This document shows positions 1 to 14,052 of a stretch of DNA of 64,000 nucleotides, piece by piece. Below the pieces are notes generated by a model. That model did no database searches, had not been told where the DNA came from, and worked only from the letters and a program-made list of their open reading frames with translations. Source of the stretch: the human T2T-CHM13v2.0 reference genome, Homo sapiens. Within the stretch, counting starts at the first letter, position 1. Every line of letters starts with the position of its first letter. The stretch lies in NCBI RefSeq assembly GCF_009914755.1, contig NC_060928.1. One strand, given 5' to 3'. A program made the translations under genes and the position numbers.

Positions 1-144
1 TTCTCACTTTCAAGGCTACAATAAATGTAGAATATTTTCTTGAAACACATAAAAATATTCTTTTAAAGCAATTGTGTTCTTAAGTTGTGTTTTATCTTAA
101 AATGTTTATGATCTTGAATTCTTTTCAAAAGAACACTGCAGTCT

Positions 145-315
145 GACAAACTTTATGATTTTGGGCAACAGGCTTAATGCCTCTTTACCTCAGCTTCCTT
201 ATCCCTAAAATGGAAATAATAGTAGTACCCACCTTCTACAGTTTTAATGAGTTTTAAGTGAAACCATCCATAGCTCTTGCCATAACATAAGTGATCAGTA
301 GTTGTTAGCTATTAT
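145..315 (+). mobile_element. MIR SINE fragment
   Basis: MIR-core-like text ttgggcaacaggcttaatgcctctttacctcagcttccttatccctaaaatggaaataatagtagtacccacct; boundaries approximate. Confidence 0.55.
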
Positions 316-1399
316 CTTAAAATTAAATTCTTCAAAGAATAACTTATTTTCTGCTCAAATTTTCTCTCCTAATTTTAAAGAGCATCATACGTCCCCTGCC
401 AGTTTTCAGAGTTGTGAAAATCTCCCTTGGCCACTTGCTCTGATTCTGAAGTTCTGCTCAAGCCAGTCTTGACTTTCTCCCTTGGGTCGGAGTCATGAGC
501 CTGTGATTGCCTACACCTGCGTGTTATTAGGTCTCACACTTCTTCATATAGCCCTGCAAGCTGCATAGCATAGTGTCATGTTGAGATCTAGAGCACCTTC
601 TGTCAATCCACCTTGAAGGAAACTTCTGGGAAGAGGACACAGACCTAAATAAATAGAAGAGCAGTTGAAGGTCTTCATGATGTCTTCCTCCCTCTGTCAG
701 TCTTCATAGTTTTATATAGATTTGCTTAACCTATGAATTTGGCTGGACATTGACTTAATCAGACACCAGCTAACATAATACATTGATAATTTTTAATTGA
801 CTCAATACCAACCCTCTACTGTGTGCAAAGCACCAAAGAAACATGGACTGGCTGATTTTCAGAACTGAAAGGAATTTAACAGATAATCTTGTTTCACTCC
901 CAGGAAGTGCTAGGGAAGTTCAGTGACTTGACCAAAATTACACAGCTTTCAAAGGGTAGAGCAATTAATTCCTGCTGTAAACAGTCCAGGCTGGAATGAC
1001 TGAGAAAGAAGAAATTGAAGTTTGAAAGATGGATAAATTAGACTTAGCAGAAAGTTGAGGGAGTTTATTTCAGATATAATATTAACACAATAGTACTTTG
1101 GCAGATAACCTTTGAAATGGAAATGTTTAATTATTCTTACCACACTCTAGTTGCTAGACAGCCAGCATTGGCTAGGATAAAGGATATAGCCCTCCTCAGG
1201 GAGTTGGTTTGTAGCACAGTCTGGGAAACAATCGGTGCTCTCATTTCAAGGACAGAGTGAAATGAACAGAAATGAACCAAAGGTGATGATGAGGAAGCTG
1301 AGATTGCTTCTATGTTTTCCCTGAATCCTGTCCTTACTATGTTGGCTTTATCATTTTGTTTGGTAAATTTTGAATTTCTGCAATGGAAGTCATACACAT

Positions 1400-2180
1400 A
1401 TTGGACTCTTTTTTAAAAAACATTATGGTTCACCTCCAGCCTGGGCGACAGAGCGAGACTCTGTCTCAACAACAACAACAAAAAAATTCTGGTTCACTTG
1501 ATGGTGCCACCAAAAGTTCCACAGGCTTCCTTCATTCTTTTTCATTCATTCTTCTTTTTGCCCTTCTGACTGAATAACTTCAAATGACCTCTCTTGAATT
1601 TGCTGATTCTTTGGCTTAAGTCTGCTGTTAATGCTTTCCATTGAGTTTTTCAGTTCAGTTATTCTTTCATTCCAGAATTTTTACTTGGCTCTATTTTTGT
1701 GGTTATCTCTTTGTTGATGTTTACATTTTGCTCATGCATAGTTTTCTTATTTTATTTAGTTGTCTGTCTGTGTTTTCTTATAACCCACTAAATTTCATTA
1801 TATTGAATTTTTTGTCAGGTAATTCATTGTTCTTCATTTCTTTAGGGCTGGTTACTGTAGATTTATTTATTTATTTATTTATTTGGTTGTATCATATTTC
1901 CCTGATTTTTCGTGTCCCTTGTAGCTTTGCATTGGTGCCTGCACACTTGAGTATGCAGTCACCTCTTTGCTTCTTTTCAGACTGGTTTTCACAGGAAAAG
2001 ACATTCACCAATTGGCTCAGCTAGAGATTTTGAGAGCCTCTCAAACATTTTCTATGGATGTGCATGTTCCATTCCTCTCTTTTCCTGCTGAGGGAGAAGT
2101 TTCTGGGTGGTGTGCCTTCTCCTGATCCTGAAGAGCCATACAGGCTGCTATAAACTTCCCTTCTCTTTTTCCTAGGAAAA
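1400..2180 (-). mobile_element. Old L1 (L1M-type) ORF1-region fragment, antisense
   Basis: T-rich text typical of reverse-complement L1 ORF1 (ggttcacttgatggtg...ctgactgaataacttcaaatgacctctc...aagtctgctgttaatgc); explains the F/L/I-rich spurious ORF 1641-2024; boundaries approximate. Confidence 0.6.
1434..1486 (+). mobile_element. Extremely 5'-truncated Alu (last 34 nt plus tail) with TSD
   Basis: ctccagcctgggcgacagagcgagactctgtctc + (AAC)n/A tail; flanks aaaaaacattatggttcac (1415-1433) and aaaaaaattctggttcac (1480-1497). Confidence 0.85.
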
Positions 2181-4448
2181 TGTACTGAAAGACTAGGATG
2201 CAATACCAAATTAAAATTGTATATAAAAAATTTAGTAGTCTATGTTGTTTGTTCATGAGTTTGTAAGAATAAGCATTAAGATTTGACTACAGTGTCATGT
2301 AACAGAGAGGGCAAGACTATAGGAGATGGAAGAGGTATGTTTGGCATTAGTAACTAAAACTCCTCTCCAACTGAGATATTATCGTTATGGCAGTAAATGT
2401 TCCAGTGTTGAATACATTTGAGCTGTGTAGTCCTCAATCTAGATGACTTCAAACATCTGCTTATCTTTGATAAATACTTGTTATGTTTTTTTACTGATTA
2501 TTTGTTAAGTTTATAGATTTAATGCTTAGACTGCTATTTAGTGTCAGTTGTATTAATAATACAAAAGAAGATATTTAAAATAGCATTTGACATCACAATT
2601 TTTGTTTTAGATAATCAGAATTAACTTCCTGGTTATATTTTTATTAGTGAACAGGCAAGTATAAAAATGTATTATCCTTAGAAAATGTAACATGAGAGAG
2701 GTCGTTCTCAAGTAATGGAATACTAGAGCTTTAAAAAGTCTTCTTGATCATCTAATGCAAACTTATCATTTCTATTTTAAGAAATAGAGACACATAAATT
2801 TAGATCTCTTGCTTAAAGCAAAAGATAACTGGAGAAATGGAAAACTCTCTGCATTTCATTCACAACCCATTGCTCTTCATAATATAATATTGTTTGCTCT
2901 TTTTTCATGGGTATTGTTTCCCAATAATTCTGTAAGCTCCTTCAGGCATACTGTCTTGAAGGAGCTTTTAATGGAGCCACAGTCAAAGCAAATCAGAAAC
3001 CACTTACTGAATTGAAATAATTGAATTGGATATGCTTACATAAATGATAAGATCCCAAATCAAGTACCTAGTAAGAGTAGGATTTGAAGAGAATCACGAG
3101 GTCTGTAGATGTGTTCTAGAATATTAGGTTGAAAGAAGAAAAAGAAACAGTATTACAATTTATCTTATGAATTAAAATATTATTGGTCTAGAAAAACGTT
3201 AAGCACTGTAGGAAAATTAAAAAGCCAATGAAAATAGTGACTTATCCATAAACCACACCAATGATATTTTTATTAAAATTCACATTGTTGACAGCAATGT
3301 TGCATCAAATAGCAGTTTTTCCTGAAGTATTCATATATGGTATATTTGTGGCAAAAGTACTTGTTTTAATAATTTAATCAGATCTATTCTTTATGAGCCA
3401 AAAGATAATTGTTTAGTCAAGAGAAACAAACTTGAGAGCACTACAAACTATTTGCATTGGGGAACAAGTGTCCCCTCTGTGAATCAGAAAGTCCACAATC
3501 TACAATACTTCAGGTTCCAGTGATTGTACAAATAAGAGGATCTGTTCCCCCAAAATTCAAAATAAAGGCTTTCCCAAATAGTAGGGTGTTTTAGTGATAG
3601 ACAACTAAAAGATTTACAAAAGACTGCTACACAATGTTTACATATATTGAACTGTAAGGAATGAATTTGGAAGGAAATATTGGATTTAGTTCTAAAATCT
3701 GAAACCAAAAATTAATATATAGAATTGTTGGGGTATGGAGCAGTCCTGAAGTGGTTGATTTTATGTTATGAGGCCCTGAGGTTGGCTGTGTGTGACAGAT
3801 CTCACTTATAGTTGAATCCTGCTTATAATTTTATTGTGGACTCATATTATCTCAGGGTCAGGATATATCACAGGAAGTACAGCACCAAGGTAGGAAACTC
3901 GATGCACCAGCAGCCTCTACCAATAAATATTCTGCCTGGAAAACATGTGAGTTCTGTCTCTTATGGGTTTTGTTTTGAATTTACAAAAATTTTCCAGAAG
4001 AGCAATGGTATAAGATGAATGTCAATTTCCATAAAAGCCTATTCACTCATAATATTGGTCAAGTATGCTACTAATGCTTTGCACGGACTTTATTCCTTTT
4101 TTTCTTTAGGAAAATAAGTTTTGATTCAAAATGGAAAGCCAAACATACATTTGCTCCACCAACCTTAGCAATTGGAAGGGGACCATTTCTCCTCCCCTCT
4201 TACAATGATAGTGTATACGTTAGGAGGAAAAGACCAGAAAAAGACATTTCTGGTGGCAGTAGGAAGGAAATGAAAGACAAATAAACATCTTGACTAAAAA
4301 GGTAAAAGAGTATACCCAATGGCTTAATCAGAGACATAAAGAGGAGTGGAGTATCTCCAGTAGCATGGAAGAGGAAGAAGAAAGCATTCTTCAGTGGCAG
4401 AATTGGTTGGGTTTTCTTTCTCCCTGGCCCACAAAATGTTCCTGGTCA

Positions 4449-4610
4449 GGGCGAGCATGGTGGCTCATACTTGTAGTCCCAGCTACTTGGGAGGCTGAGG
4501 CAAGAGGATCACTGGAGCTCAGGAGTTCTTGGCTGTAGTGAACTGTGATCACCACTGCACTCCAGCCTGGATGACAGAGCAAAACTCTATATCCAAAAAA
4601 AAAAAAAAAA
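4449..4610 (+). mobile_element. Free Alu monomer (FRAM-like)
   Basis: Single right-arm-type monomer (tgtagtcccagctacttgggaggctgagg...gaggatcactggagctcaggagttc...cactgcactccagcctgg) with poly-A; TSD-like flanks aaaatgttcctggtca / aagaagttcctggttca. Confidence 0.8.
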
Positions 4611-4800
4611 GAAGTTCCTGGTTCAAGAAGCAATTAATATATATATAAACAAATATAATTGAAATAGTTTACATTGGAAACAACCTAAATTTGTTTGTAA
4701 ACAAGCTAAGAGAGTAACACCTCTATATCTGGCTTTATCACTTCACAGATAAAATTTTATAGATTAAGCCTTCAAGACTTTGAATAGCTGGCAGGTGGAC

Positions 4801-5020
4801 ATCATTCATTCATTCATTCATTCATTCATTCAATAAATATGTATTGAACATCTCCTATGGATAGGTACCATTGTAGGTTTTGGATGGAGGGGTAAGCAAA
4901 ACCGACACTCTCTGCCCTTTTGGAGCTTCTGTTGTAATGGAAGAGACAGATTATGAAAAATTTACAAAGTTGGCGAGCAAATGCTATGAAGAAAAACTGA
5001 GAGCTCAGGCACAAAGGCAG
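4801..5020 (-). mobile_element. L2 LINE 3' end with (CATT)n tail
   Basis: (ATTC)n run followed by aataaatatgtattgaacatctcctatg, typical of an antisense L2 3' terminus. Confidence 0.6.
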
Positions 5021-5750
5021 CAACCCTTATTTTATTAAAGACTTCTTTTTTCATATGAATGTATTTTGCAGGAACAAATAATTCATAGCCACTCATGCTT
5101 TCATGGATTTGTATCCACATTGATACTCTGTTAACTGGAGTAACTTTCTACTGTACCAAGTAGATGGTTCTTGAAATATTTAAACATTTCAAGCACCCTG
5201 GCTGATTTACTTCATGTATAGTGTCACTAATTTAATGTTACCTTCCTTTTTCCTTGATGAGAAAGATGTCTAGGAAATATGCCCATAGTTTCTTTCTTGA
5301 ACATGTTTCTCAACTGCCCTTTGCCTTTACATAGCTCACCAAGCCCGACTCAGAATCTGCCCTCTGGGTGCGTCTTCCACCAGCTTTTCTTTCATCCTGT
5401 GGCAGATAGTATCCTTTCTCTCTATATCTGAACAGTCTGAAAAATTGTTCCACATTGTAAATTTAAATTCTCTTTAATTTTTTTTCAGCAATTGTGTTTT
5501 CTTTCAATACATTTTTAAATTTTCTTTCTAAGCTTTGTATGTGTATATTTAAAACTAAAAGCCCTTTTCATAACTCATGTCATTAAAACAGAACCTTGAT
5601 CTATTTTGGTTTACTCCAGTACCTCACTTGACTGGTGGAAACTCTACAAGAGATATAAATAGTTTTTAAGGAAAAAGGAATTTCTTAACTTGGGACAGCA
5701 AAAAATTTTTCACTTTCCTCTGGGGAAACTATAGAAAGAATCAATGGTTC

Positions 5751-5803
5751 TATATATATAATATATAGTTTTATATATATCTCTATATATACACACATAT
5801 ATA
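5751..5803. repeat. (TA)n-rich low-complexity tract
   Basis: tatatatataatatatagttttatatatatctctatatatacacacatatata. Confidence 0.8.
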
Positions 5804-6723
5804 GTGAGAGGGAGGTACATACATAGATACATATGATTTTTACATGGAATATATAAAAATGGACAACACTGCTTATCAATGCTCTACTTTCCACTTATTT
5901 ATTAGAGACAATCAGCTGTTAAGATAAATTAATAGCTACTCAACATGTATTTATTAAGTATAAAAGCTTACATACAAATGTCTTGCAAAATAAGGAAACT
6001 CATGAAATTCTCAGAAATCAATAAAAGAAAATAAAACCATAAGTATTTGATGAGGATTATTAGTTCAAAGAAAGGAAATCAGTGTAAGCCAAGGTAAACC
6101 CAAGGCTCATTTCAAATAAATGATCAACTAACTTTGGTGACAGATTAGATTTAAGAGATCAAAAAAGGAAGAGACAGAGATAACTCCAGAGTTTGCTAGA
6201 CAAGAAGATGATATGAATGTATAGTTAAGGGCAGAGAGTCACTGGGGCAGCTGGGTGTGGAGTTTGTGAAAGGAACAGAAATTTGCTTGGCTTGGTCCAT
6301 GCTGAGATTGAAGTATTGGCCGCCCGTCCAGAGGGATTTCCTGACTCAGAGGAAGTGATGCCCATGGAATCCTATATTGCAGAAGACCTAACACTACCAA
6401 ACTGAAATCTTCTGTTTGGGTTCACACTCAGCTCAACTATTCTGTGGCTGTCAGTGAGACCACCACCAAAGGCTAAACCTGTGGGCCACAACACATATCC
6501 AATCTCAGATTAGTCTCAGCACATTGCTTCCTCTCCAGTTTGAAAAACACATAGAAAATCACTTCCAGTTTCCAAAGTGAAAATTCATAACATTTATCAT
6601 TCAAGCAATTGTATAATGTGCTTTATTCTCGAAAATAAATCTTCAGGATGCATTTTTAAATATATAATTCCAAACAAATTATTATATAAGGGAATGTTTA
6701 AAACATTTCTTTTGAACTTTCAG

Positions 6724-6785
6724 TTTGAACGGCTGAATGTTGCACTTCAGAGAACATTGGCAAAGCACAAAATAAAAGAAAGCAG
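6724..6785 (+). CDS. GUCY1A1: GUCY1A1 coding exon (62 nt; FERLNVALQRTLAKHKIKES-R), N-terminal H-NOX-like region
   Basis: ctttcag acceptor, AG|gtaagt donor; peptide matches sGC alpha-1; phase fits the next exon. Upstream coding exon(s) lie outside the window. Confidence 0.95.
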
Positions 6786-7508
6786 GTAAGTCAAACCACT
6801 TTAGTTGTGTGAACCTCTTATTACAATGACTAATACTGCTACTAATGGCCAGCAGTTACTGAATGTGTCAGCCCTTTATTGAATCATTGTGGTATGTCAG
6901 AAACTGGACTTAGTACTTTAGCTGATACTAATTTCAAAGTAAGTGCATCTATTTATCACATTTTATAAATGATTAAACTCAGGTTTATATGAAGTATTTA
7001 GAATTTTATAGCCGTTTAAGGAAAAGACAGAGCTGGGGTTCGAGCCTGGGTTTTTCAGAGCCATTATTTTAAGCATGTAGTTATAAACTGCTGCTTTAAC
7101 AAGCTCCTGTAAGGCCGATTCTTTTGTACTAATTGGTAACTTCTAAAATATTTAACAACAGGTAAGTCATGGATCCCAAACAATCAAGACTTCCTGCCTG
7201 AAGGATGCTGCCAAAGTTTTGAGCAGGGTCCCAGCAGGTACCCCATCCCCAACACACATCTCAACAACATGTTAATACTTTAGTATCTGCATCAGGAGGA
7301 GGTAGAAGGATCAAGTGCTTAAGAGGAGGGGGACTCAGGGTTCCGGGGGGTAGCAGCTGTTTATTAATCCTTAGGGAAGTGTTTCTGTATTCTCCTAACT
7401 AGTTTGGTTGCACTGCAGAACATCAGTTTGTTTATACTTTTTTTCTAGTATTCTTTGAAATTTTCCTTTAAAGCATTTCTGAAGAGGCTTAATATAAAGT
7501 TACTTTTT

Positions 7509-7983
<475 letters not shown>

Positions 7984-8067
7984 CTAAAGTTACATTTTTT
8001 AAATCTGATTTATTTAGTGAATCAAATACAATTTAGCACATTTACTGCTGACAGAAAATGTAATAGG

Positions 8068-8352
8068 GGCCAGGCACGGTGGCAAATCCCAGCCCTTTGG
8101 GAGGTCAAGGTAGACAGATCACCTGCGGTCAGGAGTTCGAGACCAGACTGGCCAACATGGCGAAACCCCGTCTCTACTAAAAACACAAAAATTAGCCAGG
8201 CATGGTGGCAGATGCCTGTAATCCCAGCTAATCAGGCAGGAGAATGGCCTGAACCCAGGAGACAGAGGTTGCAGTGAGCCAAGATTGTGCCACTGCACTC
8301 CAGCCTGGGCGACAGAGTGAGACTCCATCTCAAAAAAAAAAAAAAAAAAAAA
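8068..8352 (+). mobile_element. Alu (AluS-like) with two small internal deletions
   Basis: ggccaggcacggtgg...gagactccatctc + poly-A; TSD aaaa(t)gtaatagg. Confidence 0.93.
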
Positions 8353-9447
8353 GTAATAGGCCCCGTTTTTGATTCCCTGAAATTTCAAGGTTTATTTGGT
8401 CTATAAATAATAGAATAAATACTGGTGTTGAAATTTGCAGAACTGAACATTGGAGTTTTACAAACCAGCACTATTGTCAGGAATGTTTTAACAATTCATT
8501 CATCTGTCTCCTACTCATGAGTGATCATCTGCTCTGTGGATCATATGTGCTTGATTTTCCTTGCTGACTAGCTGGTCCCAGACTGCAGGCAGCAGGACCA
8601 AGCCAAGAAGGGGTCATGGACAGGTCCAGAAGGAAAGAGTGTGAATCTATGTGTCTGACAGAAGCTTTGTTTACACGAGTAACATGAGAAGCATTCCAGA
8701 ACACCTCTGACCTTAATAACCAGTCAAGCTGATAAGATAGTCTTAAGTCTCTCACTGTGCTACTGTGTCTGTCTGCTTAAGTCCTTGGCAGCCAGTTTAC
8801 TCAAAATTTATTCTCAGGGCTTTGTGTTCTGAATCGTTCCTACAGCTTCTTGCAATACTCAGTTATGATGTGTTTCCAGCAGTGTGCCTCTTAAAATAAT
8901 CTCAAAACTTAAGCCAACAATAATTATTTTTTTGAAATTTTGAAATTTTTGTTTACCACTTCCCTGATGTCCCTAAATATAAAAAAAAGAAATCTGATTA
9001 TACTTTTAAATTTTCTTGATGAGAACTATTCAGTTGTTGAAACAAGATTTTTGCTCATAAGCCTGCCTGCTGATATGTTAAGTGGTTCCTCTGTGCTTTT
9101 TTAGTTTTGGGGTATCCTCTTGTTTAAAGATTTTTTACTTCACTTTCTTATTGGTAAGTCACTGCCATTTTTATTGCTGTCAGTTTGCCAACTGCTGAAC
9201 ACAACTTAACTCTTTTTTGTGCTGCTTATTCTCTTCTACGAATTGACAAACAAAAATCCAATATATCAACCAATAAACTGCCCTTGAATGAAGGACTAGA
9301 GCTGCCCCCCTCCTCTTTTTTTTTTTTCAGTGAATGAGTGTTAGTATAGCCATCATGTCCCTCAGGATTGGTTGCCCAGAGAGTTCTTGCTTAGTTTCTT
9401 TTTCTGGGATCTTTTGATCACATCATTATATGTATGAACTCATGCTG

Positions 9448-9467
9448 GTGTGTGTGTGTGTGTGTGT
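9448..9467. repeat. (GT)10 microsatellite
   Basis: Direct reading. Confidence 0.9.
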
Positions 9468-10027
9468 ATTTGTATAAGGCACACATGTGTTGGCTGGTGC
9501 ATGTGCAATGCTTACACCCACTTGCATTTTTTGAAGGTGAGGGTAGGAATTGTAGTTTGAATTGCACTATGTGCTGTTTGGACAAACTAAGCTTCGCTCA
9601 TTTGGCAAATTTTGTCATAATCACTCATCACTATCAGAAATCATCACAAACAATTAGGCAAACATGAATCAACAAGTCGTGCAGTTAAAACTGCAAAAAA
9701 ATCTTATCAATAAAAAAGCATGCTATTATAGTCTCAATTTCTATGCTGTAAAACAAGTGCAGTAATTGCATGAAGAATAGGTTTCTTTCATTACTAATTT
9801 TTTATACAAAATCAAGGATTAAAGTTTAATATAATGATATCTGAGAGATAAACACAGCCTTAAACTAAGAAGCAAAAGATTCTATGTATTTGCTTTAGGA
9901 AAATATATAATATTACTTAAAAGTGAATTCTATCTGTATGTAGGTTTTTCTTGGTTATCAGAATTACCATCCTCTTCTTGGCCACTTCACATTTGAGGTT
10001 GCTAGCCAGGGAAGGTTCTCCTGAGTA

Positions 10028-10432
10028 CAGAGTCTCCTTGACCTACAGTGGAGTTACGTCCAGATAAACCCATCGTAACTTGAAAACACCCTAAGTGGAA
10101 AATGCATTTAACACGCTTAACCTACTGAATAGCTTAGCCTTGCCTACCTTACATGTCCTCAGCAACTTAAAGTAGCATAGAGTTAGGCAAAATCATCTGG
10201 CAACACAGTGCACTGTAGAGTACCGGTTGTTTACCCTCACAATTTCATGGCCACATGAGAGCTGTGGCTCACTGCCACTGCCCAGCATCACATGAGAGCA
10301 TTGTACTCCATACCTGTAGCATGGGAGAAAATCAAAATTCAAACTTTGAAGTACAGTTTCCACTGAATACTTACAGCTTTTGCACCGATATAAAGGTAAA
10401 AAAAAAAAAAATCCTAAGTCTGAGACTGTCTG
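10028..10432. mobile_element. TcMar-Tigger non-autonomous DNA transposon (MER47B-like)
   Basis: Begins cagagtctccttgacctac...gataaacccatcgtaac and ends gagactgtctg (imperfect terminal inverted repeat); TA on both sides. Confidence 0.75.
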
Positions 10433-10617
10433 TATTAGTCTATGTAAAGTTCACTTTAAAGGTAAATATTTCTTATGAAGAATAACAAAACATTCTATGT
10501 CATATATATTTTGGGGTTTTCCAACATTGTTCTGGATGGTATATGTCATTGCTCCTTTCTCATAAAATTGATAGTCAAGATTTGCTTCTACAGAAAAGGG
10601 AATTTAAACTATTTTCT

Positions 10618-10933
10618 TTCTTTCTTTCTTTCTTTTTTTTTTTTTTGAGACAGTTTCCCTGTGTTGGCCAGGCTAGAGTGCAGTGGTGGCTGATCTCGGC
10701 TCACTGCTACCTCTGCCCCGCCAGGTCCCGGTTCAAGTAATTCTTCTGCCTCAGCCTCCCAAGTAGCTGGGATTATAGGCACACGCCACCATGCCCAGCT
10801 AATTTTTGTATTTTTAGCAGAGATGGGGTTTCACCATATTGGCCAGGCTGCTCTTGAACTCCTGACCTTGTGATCCACCCACCTCGGCCTCCCAAAGTGC
10901 TGGGATTACAGGCGTGAGCCGCTGTGCCTGGCC
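10618..10933 (-). mobile_element. Full-length Alu (AluS-like), antisense
   Basis: Alu reverse complement; 17-bp TSD aatttaaactattttct at 10601-10617 and 10935-10951; ends ~100 nt upstream of the next exon. Confidence 0.95.
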
Positions 10934-11032
10934 TAATTTAAACTATTTTCTATCATTGTTTCTGTATATTATAATCTGAACTTTTAGCATGTATTTATAA
11001 GTTTATAACTTAAAATATTGAAATATTTCCAG

Positions 11033-11091
11033 GAAATCTTTGGAAAGAGAAGACTTTGAAAAAACAATTGCAGAGCAAGCAGTTGCAGCAG
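11033..11091 (+). CDS. GUCY1A1: GUCY1A1 coding exon (59 nt; [21 protein letters not shown])
   Basis: tttccag acceptor, G|gtaata donor; joins the 6724-6785 and 13343-14052 exons in frame; too short for the ORF track. Confidence 0.93.
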
Positions 11092-11764
11092 GTAATAGAA
11101 TTGTTTATGTAATTAGAAAGTATGCCATATACCTGTAGAACTCACATTTTCTCCAAAAATATTCATATTTATTTGTTGGTGACTCCCAGTATGAAGTGTT
11201 CAATATTATGTATTCTGTTAACGTAAAGAGTAACTCTTTTTGATACTATATGTTTTTGTTTGACCTAAAACATTTTCTCTGTTTATGTTTACTTGCTGAG
11301 GAGTAGATAAGGCTAGATGGGAAGCTGTCTCACAGATATTCACAGGCTTTGATCTTGAACCTAACTAACTGTTCCTCATTTATACATCAAAAATTCTACT
11401 CAACAAGGTAAAATAAAGAATGCTTTTAAAGGTTAGGAGCAGTCATGGGAAAAAAGTTAACAGTATTCTCACATTAATGATTAGTTTGAGAGAAAAAATT
11501 GATATGTGACTTTGTCTTGCTGTCCTTTCCAAAGTTTCAGTACATGAACCACGAGGTTGCATCTTTCTAAAAGTATAAGATATTGATAATAATAATAATG
11601 ACTAACGTATATTGAGGCCCCCCTAGGAGCAAGGCCCTATTCTGAATATAAGCCCCACAACAGTGCTATGAAGAGGGCACTATTCTTTTTCCCACATTAC
11701 AGATAAGAAAAAATGTGGTACTCAGAGTGTAAAGATTAAAGGAGATTATAGAAAGGGAAGATCA

Positions 11765-12794
<1,030 letters not shown>

Positions 12795-13342
12795 TTATAT
12801 ACTCCAAGCAGACATTCATTCAGCTAACACTAAACAACAAGAATGCGATTTGATTCAGGAAAAAATGCTTTGTAATCATTTCTAGACAAAACTGAGTTTC
12901 ATGCCAGTAATTTTAAATTAACTTCCGTGTCTGACCCTTTTGCTGCTGGAAACCCTCATAGAGGAAGATCCTCTTCATGAGGATGGATTGCTTTTGTTGT
13001 TAACAGAAAGATTGGAGGACTTTTGCCAAAATGTACTTAATACTGGAATTCAAATTATTCTTTTGTAGTTAGGTTTCAGGGAGATAAAAAGTTGTGTATT
13101 ATACTCAACCGGTCATTCTTTTTTAATGAACTAGTTTGGAATTTTTCTTCAGTTACTAGAATTTTAGAAGCTAACCTAGGTAGATAATTTGGATATAGGG
13201 GTTTCATTTTGGTTGGAAATGTTATTAGCAGATATAAAGGGAGCTAAATCAGCAAATAACGCAAGTTGAAAATAGGAATAATGGCACAGCTTTACCAAGG
13301 TGGCATATTTGATATGGCAGAACATGTATTATGTGATTTCAG

Positions 13343-14052
13343 GAGTTCCAGTGGAGGTTATCAAAGAATCTCTTGGTGAAGAGGTTTTTAAAATATGTTA
13401 CGAGGAAGATGAAAACATCCTTGGGGTGGTTGGAGGCACCCTTAAAGATTTTTTAAACAGCTTCAGTACCCTTCTGAAACAGAGCAGCCATTGCCAAGAA
13501 GCAGGAAAAAGGGGCAGGCTTGAGGACGCCTCCATTCTATGCCTGGATAAGGAGGATGATTTTCTACATGTTTACTACTTCTTCCCTAAGAGAACCACCT
13601 CCCTGATTCTTCCCGGCATCATAAAGGCAGCTGCTCACGTATTATATGAAACGGAAGTGGAAGTGTCGTTAATGCCTCCCTGCTTCCATAATGATTGCAG
13701 CGAGTTTGTGAATCAGCCCTACTTGTTGTACTCCGTTCACATGAAAAGCACCAAGCCATCCCTGTCCCCCAGCAAACCCCAGTCCTCGCTGGTGATTCCC
13801 ACATCGCTATTCTGCAAGACATTTCCATTCCATTTCATGTTTGACAAAGATATGACAATTCTGCAATTTGGCAATGGCATCAGAAGGCTGATGAACAGGA
13901 GAGACTTTCAAGGAAAGCCTAATTTTGAAGAATACTTTGAAATTCTGACTCCAAAAATCAACCAGACGTTTAGCGGGATCATGACTATGTTGAATATGCA
14001 GTTTGTTGTACGAGTGAGGAGATGGGACAACTCTGTGAAGAAATCTTCAAGG
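13343..14052 (+). CDS. GUCY1A1: GUCY1A1 large coding exon (710 nt; [10 protein letters not shown]...VKKSSR), H-NOX-like C-terminal part and PAS/H-NOBA domain
   Basis: atttcag acceptor, AGG|gtaagg donor; [15 protein letters not shown] signature of sGC subunits. Confidence 0.98.

Noticed and set aside
1641-2024. 127-aa hydrophobic ORF resembling a membrane protein
   Set aside because: Antisense reading of T-rich L1 ORF1 sequence with a non-ATG start; composition explains the hydrophobicity.
13300-13342. In-frame N-terminal extension of the large exon, including an ATG at 13324
   Set aside because: Lies upstream of a canonical acceptor with no promoter evidence; intronic open frame by chance.
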